DNA of 64,000 nucleotides from Spirochaetia bacterium (GTDB lineage Bacteria; Spirochaetota; Spirochaetia; SZUA-6; Bin103), in NCBI GenBank assembly GCA_965198005.1, contig CBDAOI010000004.1:2304001-2368000 (forward strand), written 5' to 3'. Below, piece by piece: positions 52,771-62,699 of the stretch (position 1 is the stretch's first letter; each line of letters starts with the position of its first letter). Both the position numbers and the translations under genes were made by a program. The notes under the pieces are model-generated. The model searched no databases and was not told the DNA's origin. It was given only the letters and a program-made list of their open reading frames with translations.

Positions 52771-52902
52771 CGGCCCAGCCGGCCCAACTGCCGAGGTCCT
52801 CTCGAGGCGGCGCCGACGCTTGGCCGAGCACCGCACGCAGAGCGGCCTCAAGATCGTCGACCATGGCGAGTTCCGCTCCCGCGCGCGCAGGCGCGTGATT
52901 TC

Positions 52903-53672
52903 CTAAACCGACCTGGCGCCATGGGCACCCATGCGCCCGCCGGCACCCCTCTGCCTCGGGTCTAGCAGGTCCCTTACCGCGTCGCCGAACATGTTGAGAC
53001 TGTAGACGACGATAGTCAGGCAGAGACCGGGCCAGAAAGCCAGCCGCGGGGCTATCTCCATGTATTGACGCCCTTCTCGGCTGAGCATACCTCCCCAGCT
53101 AAGTCAACAACGCAGCAGCGTCGGAAAAGACATCCAGGCATCGACCGAATCCAAGGAAACTCAAGGATGCCTCCGCTACCCTGGTTGACGTTCGGCGACC
53201 GGTCGTTATACATTGCCTTGATCCCAGTGGCGCTCTTTGACCATTCTGACGAGAAGATCAGCCACAAAGCTACGTCTTTTTGGCTCGTCTACTTTCGATC
53301 TTGTCCCTGTGCCGGACTCAAGATCGTCACTCTCTCTTTACCGATAACGGACCCTGGGATCCAATAAAGCATAGGTCAGATCTATCATGAGATTTATCCC
53401 CATGACCGCGGCGCAAAAAACCAGGTTTATCCCGGACACCACTGGGTAGTCTCGAGCATCTAGGGCATTCAGCATAAGACGACCTAATCCGGGCAGGTTG
53501 AATATGTTCTCGATGATAACGGAGCAGAATAGGCAACTGCATGCCTATCGGGGTAACAACCGGGGAGGGCTTGATGGCGTGGATGACGCTACTCGTTCGA
53601 GACCCTTGGCCAGGCTCCTGATTAGTCCTGCCTGAGCACCTCCAGCATCATGGTGCGGGTCATCCGCATGGT
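52903..53672 (-). pseudogene. heavily eroded dppB-dppC remnants
   Basis: MLSREGRQYMEIAPRLAFWPG...DLLDPR, QLPILL, MRMTRTMMLEVLRQD; many short deletions. Confidence 0.75.
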
Positions 53673-53729
53673 GCATCGGGGCTCTGGCCATGCGACTCAT
53701 GTTCGTCATATTAGCAGCGAGATCGGCCG

Positions 53730-54015
53730 CTCGCGGGATACTGTGCACGGCAACTCGGCATCCCGGCGAGCACCTTCAACGAGAACCGGCGCGCCAGCGT
53801 CATCGCCGTGCTCCTGCATTCGCCGCCGTAGCGGACGCTCCGCAACGAGCACCCCGCCAATCCGCAGACAGACCCGGCGGCGGCCACCGACCGCGCCACC
53901 CGCGACGCCCGCGACAAGCACCGTCGCCGTCATGCTCGCCAGCGCCGGCTTGCTGACCGATGAGCCAACCGCCGTCGCCTACGGCGGCGTCCTCACAGCA
54001 CTGCCGATGCTGCTC
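53730..54015 (+). pseudogene. possible transposase remnant (HTH plus GGVLxALP motif)
   Basis: ARQLGIPASTF and AVAYGGVLTALPMLL in different frames. Confidence 0.3.
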
Positions 54016-54280
54016 CGCGATCGCAGTCGTAGAACGACACCGTGCCACACCCCACCTCCCGGTATGGTCGGCCGCCCCTCAGCCCGTGCCGCGGCGCGCT
54101 TGGCTTGCCGCTTCCCATCCTTCATCGGTGCCATCACCCCGTCCAGGGACTCATGCTCCAGCGTAGCCCGCTCAGCGGCGACGAAGCGCTGGTGCAGTTC
54201 GCCCTCCAAGCGCTCAGAACCCAACGCACCCATGATAGCCGACCCCGCAACCCCACCCCCCCGCCCCACCGGACCGGGGC

Positions 54281-54326
54281 ACCCTGGTTGACGTTCGGCG
54301 ACCGGTCGTTATACATTGCCTTGATC
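54281..54326 (+). promoter_or_regulatory. sigma70-like promoter TTGACG...TATACATT; exact 46-bp duplicate at 53178-53223
   Basis: Sequence identity read directly. Confidence 0.65.
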
Positions 54327-54373
54327 GCCACTGTGGCGATCGGCTTTTTTGATAGCTCCTCGATGGGGAGCCG

Positions 54374-54398
54374 GGGCCTCTTCGGAGGCCCTTTTTTT
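54374..54398 (+). terminator. intrinsic terminator immediately upstream of the NYN gene
   Basis: GGGCCTC-TTCG-GAGGCCC followed by T7. Confidence 0.8.
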
Positions 54399-54408
54399 GG
54401 AGGTCTTG

Positions 54409-54831
54409 GTGCATCGCTTTGCGCTGTTCGTAGATGCCGGCTACTTGTACGCTGAGGGTGGAAAGCTCTGTTGCAGAACGGCATCCCGTCGCCGATTCAC
54501 GGTCAATGAAAGTGATCTGAATGCGATGCTTACGAAGATGGCGCGAGTACGATGTGGGCTCAACCTTCTCCGCACTTATTGGTACGACGGAGCGCGTAAC
54601 GGTGTCAGATCCGTAAGCCAGCAGGCCATTGCTTCGCTACCCAACGTGAAGCTTCGCTTGGGTCGCGTTGTCACAGGAATTGATTTACGAATCCGACGAA
54701 GTGATGGTTCCGAACTGATTCACAGCGGAGAGCAAGCTCTCGGGGATTCTCTTCGGGGCAACCAGGAAGCCAGACATCAACTCAGAAGTTCCTTCTGGAA
54801 CACCGTTTCGGAATACATGCAGAACGAGTAG
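54409..54831 (+). pseudogene. NYN (LabA/DUF88) domain protein, C-terminal half lost after about 54670
   Basis: FVDAGYL, LLRTYWYDG, PNVKLRLG; the expected QKGVD and SGDxD motifs are absent. Confidence 0.75.
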
Positions 54832-54879
54832 CACTTACCATCACACGGCAGCGAGTTACAACAAGCTGCCGCTTCGCTT

Positions 54880-55085
54880 ACCCGCTTGGGCGCCTTCACC
54901 GCCGCCCGCCTGTCGCCAGTAGGCGCCGAGACGACCCCACCACCTCTGAGCCGCGGATTCCAGCAGTCCCGCACCGCGTCGCCGAACACCCCAAAAAACG
55001 CCGGGCCAGATCGCCAGCCACGGCGCAATCTCCATGTACTTGCGGCCTTCCCTGCTGAGCATGCCGCCCCAGCTCGGGACACTCG
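54880..55085 (-). pseudogene. DppC C-terminal remnant
   Basis: VPSWGGMLSREGRKYMEIAPWLAIWPG, FGDAVRD. Confidence 0.75.
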
Positions 55086-55214
55086 CGATGCCGTGCGGAG
55101 CGAGTCCCCTGTCACGCAACACCAAGCCGACCGCAAGCATCGCCGCCAGAGCAAGAGCGACCGGCACGATCCGGGTGCGATTGCCGTAGCGAGGTTTCGA
55201 GACTAGAATGGGAC

Positions 55215-56174
55215 ATGGCCCACCATCACTTCGAGCCAAACTCGTACCACGTGACAATCGCGACCCGGGAGCCGGTGTTGACCGTCGAGCCGGGAGACAC
55301 GATCACCACGACGACCCTCGACGCCCTCGGCTTCGACGTGGCTGGCACACAGGTCGGTCCTCGCGGCAACCCGCAGACCGGCCCCTTCGCGGTACGCGGC
55401 GCCACGCCGGGAGACACGCTGGCGGTGACCATCGACTCCATGATTCCCAACCGGGCGACAGGCTTCACGTCCGACTTGGTGGCGCCCAACGTGCTCGAGC
55501 CAGGCTATCGAGGGAGTCAGGCCGGCGGCCTGCGCGACCGCGGCATCGTCACTTGGGAGATCGACCGCGAGGCTGGTACCGTGCGACCTGCTGGCGCCCC
55601 GGAGTTGCGCGGCCTGGAGGTGCCGTTGGCGCCCATGGTTGGCTGCTTCGGTGTGGCCCCGGCGGGCGGCGAGGCTATCTCCACGGCAACCTCGGCGCAG
55701 CACGGCGGCAACATGGACTATCGCGGCTTTGGCCCCGGGGCCAGCATCTTCCTGCCGGTCGCGGTCCCGGGCGCACTGTTCCACGTCGGCGACGGCCACG
55801 CCGCTCAGGGTGACGGCGAGATCGTCGGCACCGGCATTGAGACCACGTTCGAGGTGACCTTCACTCTGGACGTCATACGTGGCTGGTCAACCGTATGGCC
55901 GCGGGCCTACGTCGGCGACGACATCGCCACGGTCGGTAATGCCCGACCGTTGGACCAGTGCGTCGAGCACGCCACGACCGAGATGCTGCGCTGGCTGATT
56001 AATGACCTGGGCATCGATGAACGCGCCGCGCACGTGGCACTGGGACAACTGGTACGCTACGACGTCGGCAACGTCTTCGACCCAGCCTACACCATGGTCT
56101 GCCGTCTCCCCCGGCAGGTGGTCGAGCGCCTGGGCGGTGTGCGCTCAACCGACCGCGGCGCACTCACGCCGTGA
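55215..56174 (+). CDS. acetamidase/formamidase family protein
   Basis: NPQTGP, PMVGCFGVAP, HGGNMD, GDGHAAQGDGE. Confidence 0.92.
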   Translation: MAHHHFEPNSYHVTIATREPVLTVEPGDTITTTTLDALGFDVAGTQVGPRGNPQTGPFAVRGATPGDTLAVTIDSMIPNRATGFTSDLVAPNVLEPGYRGSQAGGLRDRGIVTWEIDREAGTVRPAGAPELRGLEVPLAPMVGCFGVAPAGGEAISTATSAQHGGNMDYRGFGPGASIFLPVAVPGALFHVGDGHAAQGDGEIVGTGIETTFEVTFTLDVIRGWSTVWPRAYVGDDIATVGNARPLDQCVEHATTEMLRWLINDLGIDERAAHVALGQLVRYDVGNVFDPAYTMVCRLPRQVVERLGGVRSTDRGALTP

Positions 56175-56189
56175 GCGCTAAGGTGCGGC

Positions 56190-56529
56190 ACCCGCCCCAT
56201 CGCCTTGGCGCTATATCCCCCAGACTGAGCGCGAACTGGGACAGTACGGTGCGCATGCCTTCCGCCACGTTCTCGCGCATCGCCTGGCCCGCCTCGACGT
56301 TGGCGTACACGCAACGGAAGTCGCCCTGCCCGCCGTCGTTCAGCAGATCTCGCAGCGCCAGCAGCGCCGAGGTCTTGCCGGTCTGCCGCGGGGCGTGCAG
56401 CACGAAGTACTTCTTGTCCCGGATCAAGCCGAGCACCGCGTCGAGATCGATTCGTTCCAGCGGCGGGATGCAGTAGTGGTCCGCGGCCACTACCGGACCT
56501 GCGGTGTTGAACGTGCGCACGATCGCCAT
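56190..56529 (-). pseudogene. 5' fragment of an AAA ATPase paralogous to 5542-7182
   Basis: RTFNTAGP...APRQTGKTS...AMRENVAEGMRTVL; high DNA similarity to 6870-7150. Confidence 0.85.
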
Positions 56530-56616
56530 CGTCGCAGAGTATGGCGCGGCTGTCATCCTCGCCGTGCCGCGCTGGCCGGGTGGCCCGGGTGGCCGGGTGG
56601 AATCACGCGCGTCAGA

Positions 56617-59223
56617 TCAGGTGGCGCGCCGGCCGGCGGCCAGCGCGAGGACCGCGGCGCCGGCGTAACCGACTGCGGCCACGATTCCGAGCGCGGCGAT
56701 GCCCTGGGCCACCGCCAGCAACGTGCTGGCCACGGCGCCGATCACCGAGGCGCAGCCGTTGGCGGCCCACGCCAGCGAACGGGTGGCGGCGGTCGGCGCC
56801 AGCAGCCGCATCCCGAGCGGGAACGCCATCCCCAGCACCGTGCCCAGCGGAGCCAGCACCAGCGCCACCGCCGCAATCCGCGCCGGCCGCACCAGACCGA
56901 GCAGCCACGGCAGCGCGACCGTGCCGGCGACCGCGTATACGAGGCAGAGGCCCACGATCGTCAGCGCCACCAGCCACGCCCGCCGCGGCCGGATCCGCTC
57001 CGACAGCAGACCGCCCGCCGCCGACCACACCAGCAGCGCCGCCAGCACCACCTTGAGACTGACCACGGGGTCCCCGAACGCGATCGTCAGGCGCTGGATC
57101 AGCATCAGCTCGATCAGGATGAACCCCAGGCCGAGCGCCAGATTGTAGCCTGCGATCACCAGGCGCCCGCCACCCACACCCACGGTGCCGGCCGCGCCCG
57201 CGCTCCCGCCGCCGCGCATCCTGACAACGGGAATGGCGAGCAGCACCACCACCAGCACCAGCGCCTCGGCCAGCACCGCCACCGCCACCACGTCGCCGGA
57301 CAGCAGCAGTCCGTACAGGCGGTCGCCGGTGGCGCGCTGGTAGTCCGGCAGCCGCGACCAGCGCACGAACCGGTTGAAGAACGGACGGTCGTCGGTGGCG
57401 GGGCGCAGATCGACCACGGGATCGGTTTGCCCGCGGCCGAACGCGCCGGTACCCAGCACCGCCGCCACCGCCGCGGCGTGAAACGGCTCGGCCAGGCGAT
57501 TGAAGCGGTTGGTTTCGGCCGGGTCGAGTCCCGGCAGCGCCACCAAGTCGAAGCCGTGGCGGGTGGCGAACGCCCGCAGGCCGCCGAGCTGCTGCGCGGT
57601 CAGCGGTCGGGCGCCCACCAGCAGCGTGAACGAGCCCCAGTTGCGGATCATCGCCACGTGCGCGGCCGGGTCGGGGTGGCCGGCCGCGGCCAGCGCGCGC
57701 ACCGCCACCGCCGCCAGCCGCGGCGCGTTGGCCGGCGGCAGCAGCAGGCGGCGCGATACCGACACCAGCCCGGCCGGCTGCACCAGCGCCAGGTAGTCGG
57801 CGAACGCCTCGACGGTGAGCAGCGGCTCCTGGGTGTGGCTTTGCGCGCCCGGGAAGGACGCGCCCCAGTCCTCGATCAGGACCAGGTCCACGGCGTCGCC
57901 GGCGCGGACCATGCGGCGCGCCACCGCGCGCGGCTCTTCCTCCACCACGCGCAGCTCCGCCGGCGGCCCGGACGCGGTCGGGCCGGCCGCCCCGGCCAGC
58001 CGCCGCAGGCGATCGGCGACCACGCCGCTCGGCTCGGCCACCAGCAGCCGGCGGCTGTGACGCAGCGCCGCCGCCAGCAGCAGGCCGCCGCCCTCCTGCA
58101 ACAGCAGCGCCGCGCGTGGCGGCGGCCCCAGGTGGAACACCGCCGCCGGGTGCACCGCGTCCAGCCAGGCGCCGCCGTCGTCCGGGCCCTGCGCGCCGTT
58201 CCCGGACGCCTGCTCCGCCGCCGGCAGGAATAGCGCCGCATCGCCGTCGCGCACCACCGCCCGCTGCGGCGGCACCCCGCCGGCGACGCCGAGACTGAGG
58301 CCGGGCGCGAACCGGATGGTCGGCCCGGTCACCTCGTCGATCCGGCCGCGCACCGTGTCGCGCCGCGCCTCCAGCCGCGTGTCCGGGAAGCGCAGCACCT
58401 GCGCCAGGTACTTGAACGGCGCCGGGCGCGGCGCGACCGCCGGCAGCGCGGCCAGCAGGCCGATGCTGGCGGCAATCGCGGCAACCGCGGCCGCCGCCGG
58501 CCGCCATCCGCCATGCCCGGCGCTGTCCGCGCGCCCCAGGCTGCCGGCCCGCCCCCCGCCGTCCGCACGCTGCTCGCGGCCGGCGCGCCCCTCGCGGGCG
58601 GCACGGACGGCACGGCGGGTGCGGGCCCCCGTCCCCTGCCTCGGCCCCTGCCTCGGCCCCTGCCCGGGCCACAGCAGCGGCAGCGCGACCAGCACCGCGG
58701 GCACCAGCACCGCCGCCCGCAGCCCCAGCGCCGGCAGCACCGCGATCGGGACCATCACCCCGACCGCCGAACCGCCCATGCTGGCGCCGTACACCGCGCC
58801 CGGACGGTGACCGCCGGCGGCGAACGCCACCGCCATCACTACCCCGGCGAAGAAGAACGGCACCGTGCACGCGAGGTAGCTGAGCCCGAGGTAGGCGAGC
58901 TGGATCGGCTCGCTGGCGATGCGGAAGAAATCGAGCGGCAGGAGCAGCAGCACCGCGAACATGACCAGCGAGCTGATCGCCAGCCCCGCGCCGGCCGCCC
59001 GCAGCCGCCGGTCGGGCTCCCCACCGAGCCCCCGGCCCCCGCCACCACCACGCCCGGTGGCGAGCAGGTTGACGTACACGCCGCTGGCGGAAAACCCGAG
59101 CAGGGCGACGCTGATCACCATGAACGACAGGTGGTGCCACTGCGTCAGCGCGAAATAGCGCGCCAGCAGCGCCTCCAGCGCCAGCGCCGCGGCCGAGGCG
59201 AAGAATACCAGGACCAGGGCCAT
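56617..59223 (-). CDS. multi-TM spermidine-synthase-like (SAM-dependent methyltransferase fold) membrane protein
   Basis: FMVISVALLG, YGASMGGS, LLTVEAF, PATDDRPFF, GLGFILIEL, AWAANGCASV. Confidence 0.8.
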   Translation of the reverse strand: MALVLVFFASAAALALEALLARYFALTQWHHLSFMVISVALLGFSASGVYVNLLATGRGGGGGRGLGGEPDRRLRAAGAGLAISSLVMFAVLLLLPLDFFRIASEPIQLAYLGLSYLACTVPFFFAGVVMAVAFAAGGHRPGAVYGASMGGSAVGVMVPIAVLPALGLRAAVLVPAVLVALPLLWPGQGPRQGPRQGTGARTRRAVRAAREGRAGREQRADGGGRAGSLGRADSAGHGGWRPAAAAVAAIAASIGLLAALPAVAPRPAPFKYLAQVLRFPDTRLEARRDTVRGRIDEVTGPTIRFAPGLSLGVAGGVPPQRAVVRDGDAALFLPAAEQASGNGAQGPDDGGAWLDAVHPAAVFHLGPPPRAALLLQEGGGLLLAAALRHSRRLLVAEPSGVVADRLRRLAGAAGPTASGPPAELRVVEEEPRAVARRMVRAGDAVDLVLIEDWGASFPGAQSHTQEPLLTVEAFADYLALVQPAGLVSVSRRLLLPPANAPRLAAVAVRALAAAGHPDPAAHVAMIRNWGSFTLLVGARPLTAQQLGGLRAFATRHGFDLVALPGLDPAETNRFNRLAEPFHAAAVAAVLGTGAFGRGQTDPVVDLRPATDDRPFFNRFVRWSRLPDYQRATGDRLYGLLLSGDVVAVAVLAEALVLVVVLLAIPVVRMRGGGSAGAAGTVGVGGGRLVIAGYNLALGLGFILIELMLIQRLTIAFGDPVVSLKVVLAALLVWSAAGGLLSERIRPRRAWLVALTIVGLCLVYAVAGTVALPWLLGLVRPARIAAVALVLAPLGTVLGMAFPLGMRLLAPTAATRSLAWAANGCASVIGAVASTLLAVAQGIAALGIVAAVGYAGAAVLALAAGRRAT

Positions 59224-59232
59224 GCCCCGCTC

Positions 59233-60000
59233 TCAGCCTTCCAGGGCGCGCCCCGTCATCGGCACGAACAAGACCCCCAGGATCAACTCGACCGCGTAGT
59301 CCGCGCCGCTGCCCGCGTCCGCGGTGCGCGTGACCAGCACCAGATTCTGGAACTGGAACGGGTTGCCCAGCGGCAGGATCATGGTGCCGCCCACGCGGAG
59401 CTGCACCAGCAGCGGCGGCGGGATATGATCCACCGCCGCCGTGATCATGATGCGGTCGAACGGCGCGTGCTGCTCCAGCCCGAAGTAGCCGTCTCCCTCG
59501 TGAGCGCTCACGTTGTCATAGCCCAGCGCGCGCAGCCGGGCCCGCGACGGGCCGTGCAGCAACGGACGAATCTCGATGGTGTGCACCTCCCGCACCAGCT
59601 CCGCCAGCACCGCCGCCTGGTAGCCGGAGCCGGTTCCCACCTCCAGCACCCGGTCGCCCGGTTCCAACCCCAGGGTCTGGGTCATGAGCGCCACGACGTA
59701 GGGCTGGGAGATGGTCTGGCCGTCGTCGATCGGCAGCGCGGAGTCGCGGTAGGCGACGTTGGTCAGCCGTTCGGGCACGAACAGATGGCGCCGTACCTGC
59801 CCCATCACCTCCAGCACGCGCGGGTCGGAGATGTCGCGCGCGGCGAGTTGGTGCTCCACCATGTCGGCGCGCGCCCGGCGCAGTTCCGCCGGTTCGGAGG
59901 CATCCTGGGCGGCGAGGCCAGCCGCCCCCAACAGTAACGCCACGGCAGCGCCTGCACCGGGTAGCGAAGGTAGCGCCCGCGGCAATGACACGATCCCCAT
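59233..60000 (-). CDS. pcm: protein-L-isoaspartate O-methyltransferase with signal-like N-terminus
   Basis: GQTISQPY, VLEVGTGSGYQAA, APFDRI, FVPM. Confidence 0.93.
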   Translation of the reverse strand: MGIVSLPRALPSLPGAGAAVALLLGAAGLAAQDASEPAELRRARADMVEHQLAARDISDPRVLEVMGQVRRHLFVPERLTNVAYRDSALPIDDGQTISQPYVVALMTQTLGLEPGDRVLEVGTGSGYQAAVLAELVREVHTIEIRPLLHGPSRARLRALGYDNVSAHEGDGYFGLEQHAPFDRIMITAAVDHIPPPLLVQLRVGGTMILPLGNPFQFQNLVLVTRTADAGSGADYAVELILGVLFVPMTGRALEG

Positions 60001-60072
60001 AGTGGCTCCAGTATAGAGCAGTATGAAGCGGCGCGACCGCCGGCCCGCCGGCCTCATCCAAGGAGGTACGGA

Positions 60073-60180
60073 ATGACACACGCGGAACGTCTCGCGGCGT
60101 ACAAGCGGGACGGCTTCACCATCTTCGAGCAGGTGTTCAGCGAGCGCCTGATGGAGGCGTGGAAGCCCGGCCGGCGATGA
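60073..60180 (+). pseudogene. 35-aa N-terminal stub, PhyH-like dioxygenase start
   Basis: AGGAGG RBS; MTHAERLAAYKRDGFTIFEQVFS; stop overlaps the next ATG. Confidence 0.45.
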
Positions 60181-61631
60181 CTGCGGACGCGGGCCACGGC
60201 CGCGGCCAGCTCGCCGCCCTGTACGCGGCGGCGGTGGCGCGCGTCGAGCCGGCCGCGCTGGTGCGGGAGCGGCTGCGCCTGGACGGCGACACCCTGAGCG
60301 TCACCACCGGCGGCGAGCCGGTGCGTGTGGACCTGCGGCCGTTTCGCGCGGTGCGCCTGCTGGGCGTGGGCAAGGCGGCCGCAGCGATGGCGCACGGCGT
60401 CGAGGCGGTGCTCGGCGCGCGGCTCGACGCGGGGCTGATCGTGGTCCCGCGACGGCCCGCCCCGTCCGCTTTGTCGGCCCTGCCCACCGCGCAGGCGCCG
60501 GCCGCACCGCGCCTGCGGCGGACGCGCGTGCTGGAGGCGGCGCACCCGGTACCCGACGCCGCCAGCGCCGCGGCCGGCCGGGCGTTCGCCGCGGAGTGCC
60601 GGCGCGCGACCGCGGACACGCTGCTGATCACGGTGGTGTCCGGCGGCGGCTCGGCGCTGCTGGCGGCGCCCTGGGCGGCCGGCGCCGGCACCGGGCCCGG
60701 CGTGACCCTGGCCCACAAACAGGAGACCACGCGCCTGCTGCTGGCCGGCGGTGCCACCATCGGCGAGCTCAACTGCGTCCGCAAGCACCTGTCCGCGCTC
60801 AAGGGAGGACGCGCCGCCGCGCTGATGTACCCCGCCGCCTCGCTCAACCTGATCCTGTCGGACGTGGTCGGCGACCGGCTCGACACCATCGCCTCCGGGA
60901 TCACCGCGCCCGACTCGACCACCTTCGCCGACGCCGCCGCGATCCTGCGCCGGCGCGGCCTGATCGACCAGGTACCGGCCGCCGTGCGCGCCCTGCTCGC
61001 AGCCGGCGCCGCCGGCGACGTGGAAGACACGCCCGGACCGGCGCACGCGGCGTTCCGGCGCACCCGCAACCTGCTGCTCGGCTCGGGCCGGGTGGCGGTC
61101 GAGGCGGCCGCGGCAGCCGCGCGCGCCGCCGGGTACGCCACCCGCCTGCTGTCGACCGGGCTCACCGGCGAGGCGCGCGCGGTGGCCAAGGTGTTCGCCG
61201 CCGTCGCCCGCGACCTGCGCGCGGGGCGGCTCGATCTCACCCTGCCCGCCTGCGTCCTCGCCGGCGGCGAGACCACGGTCTCCGTAACCGGCCCCGGCCG
61301 CGGCGGCCGCTGCCAGGAACTGGCGCTCGCGTTCCTCGACGAGCTGGCGCGCGACGCCGGCCTGCGCGGCGTCACCTTCCTGGCCGCCGGCACCGACGGC
61401 ATCGACGGCCCCACCGACGCCGCCGGCGCCTTCGCCGACGACCGCGCCCGGCGCACCGCCGCCGACCGCCGCCTCGACCCCCGGACCTTCCTGGCCCGCA
61501 ACGACTCGCACGCCTTCTTCGCGGGCTGCGACGCCCTGTTCAAGCCCGGCCCCACCGGCACCAACGTCGCCGACCTCTACCTGCTCGCGGTCCACGACGG
61601 CCGCGACGAACGCAGCGAGCGGGGCGGCTGA
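60177..61631 (+). CDS. glycerate 2-kinase (DUF4147 + MOFRL)
   Basis: GKAAAAMA, HPVPD, SGGGSAL, VRKHLSALKGG, SDVVGD, GGETTV, GTDGIDG, TGTNVAD. Confidence 0.92.
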   Translation: MTADAGHGRGQLAALYAAAVARVEPAALVRERLRLDGDTLSVTTGGEPVRVDLRPFRAVRLLGVGKAAAAMAHGVEAVLGARLDAGLIVVPRRPAPSALSALPTAQAPAAPRLRRTRVLEAAHPVPDAASAAAGRAFAAECRRATADTLLITVVSGGGSALLAAPWAAGAGTGPGVTLAHKQETTRLLLAGGATIGELNCVRKHLSALKGGRAAALMYPAASLNLILSDVVGDRLDTIASGITAPDSTTFADAAAILRRRGLIDQVPAAVRALLAAGAAGDVEDTPGPAHAAFRRTRNLLLGSGRVAVEAAAAAARAAGYATRLLSTGLTGEARAVAKVFAAVARDLRAGRLDLTLPACVLAGGETTVSVTGPGRGGRCQELALAFLDELARDAGLRGVTFLAAGTDGIDGPTDAAGAFADDRARRTAADRRLDPRTFLARNDSHAFFAGCDALFKPGPTGTNVADLYLLAVHDGRDERSERGG

Positions 61632-61666
61632 AGCGGCTTGATCCGGCGAGCCGCCGGTACGATGCT

Positions 61667-61909
61667 ATGCAGCAAGCTATGGGAATCGTACTGCTGAATC
61701 TCCTCTACGCGCTGCTGGGCGGCGTCTGGGCGAACGGGGCCGCGATCGCGTTCATGTTCTTCGGCTACCGGGTGATCGACCACGTGACCCCGTTCGACAC
61801 CGCGCACCAGCTCCAGGAAGGGAACGTCGCGGTCGGGATCATGGTGGGCGGCATGTTCGTCGGCATCGGCATCGCGGTCGGGCTGGTGATCGGCATGGGA
61901 TTGAATTGA
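61667..61909 (+). CDS. DUF350 family small membrane protein
   Basis: IDHVTPFDTAHQLQEGNVAVGI. Confidence 0.8.
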   Translation: MQQAMGIVLLNLLYALLGGVWANGAAIAFMFFGYRVIDHVTPFDTAHQLQEGNVAVGIMVGGMFVGIGIAVGLVIGMGLN

Positions 61910-62694
61910 CCGGCCACCGCGGCTGCTGCACCGGCCGGCCGTGCGGCCGCGCCGTGCTGGCAGCGATCGCGCTGCCGGCGGCCGGCTTTGCCCTCCGGCC
62001 CGGTGGCCGCGCCGTGCTGGCCGCGGTGGTCCTGCTGGCGGCCGGGTGCGCTCCCGGGCCGCGAGACGGCACGCCGGGCACGGACTCGGCGGTACTCGAG
62101 GCCGGCAGTGCCGCGGCAACCGCCTCCGCTACGGCGGCCGGCGGCAGCATGCCGGACGCCGCCGCCGCGGCCGGCGCCGACCTGCTCGGCCGGCCGCCGG
62201 TGGAGCACCGGCAGTGGACGAAGCGGTTCGATCCGCACTTCCGCAAGTACGCCAAGCGGTTCTTCGGGGTCGGCCTCGACTGGCGCTGGTTCAAGGCGCA
62301 GGGGATTGCCGAGTCCGGCCTGCGGGAGAACGCCGAGAGCTGGGTCGGCGCCAAGGGAATCATGCAGATCATGCCGGCCACCCTGCAGGAGATCGCCGCC
62401 AAGTCCTCCCTGCAGGTGCTCGACGGCTCCGATCCGGGGCAGAACATCGCCGCCGGCGTGTTCTACGACCGCCATCTGTACGACCTGTGGGACGACGTCC
62501 CCGATGCCGGCGAGCGGCTGGCGTTCACCTTCGCCAGCTACAACGGCGGGCGCAGCCGGATGCTGCGCGCGCAGGAACGCTGCACTGCCGACTGCGCCAC
62601 CTGGGGCCGGGTCGCCCCCTACGCGCCCGCCGAGACCAGCGGCTACGTGGCCCGGATCCTGACCCTCATGGGCCTCGCGCCGGCTGACGGCTGA
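61906..62694 (+). CDS. SLT-domain lytic transglycosylase (putative lipoprotein)
   Basis: LAAGC lipobox, AES, GAKGIMQIMP, ASYNGG, ETSGYV; start uncertain. Confidence 0.85.
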   Translation: MTGHRGCCTGRPCGRAVLAAIALPAAGFALRPGGRAVLAAVVLLAAGCAPGPRDGTPGTDSAVLEAGSAAATASATAAGGSMPDAAAAAGADLLGRPPVEHRQWTKRFDPHFRKYAKRFFGVGLDWRWFKAQGIAESGLRENAESWVGAKGIMQIMPATLQEIAAKSSLQVLDGSDPGQNIAAGVFYDRHLYDLWDDVPDAGERLAFTFASYNGGRSRMLRAQERCTADCATWGRVAPYAPAETSGYVARILTLMGLAPADG

Positions 62695-62699
62695 CGGCC

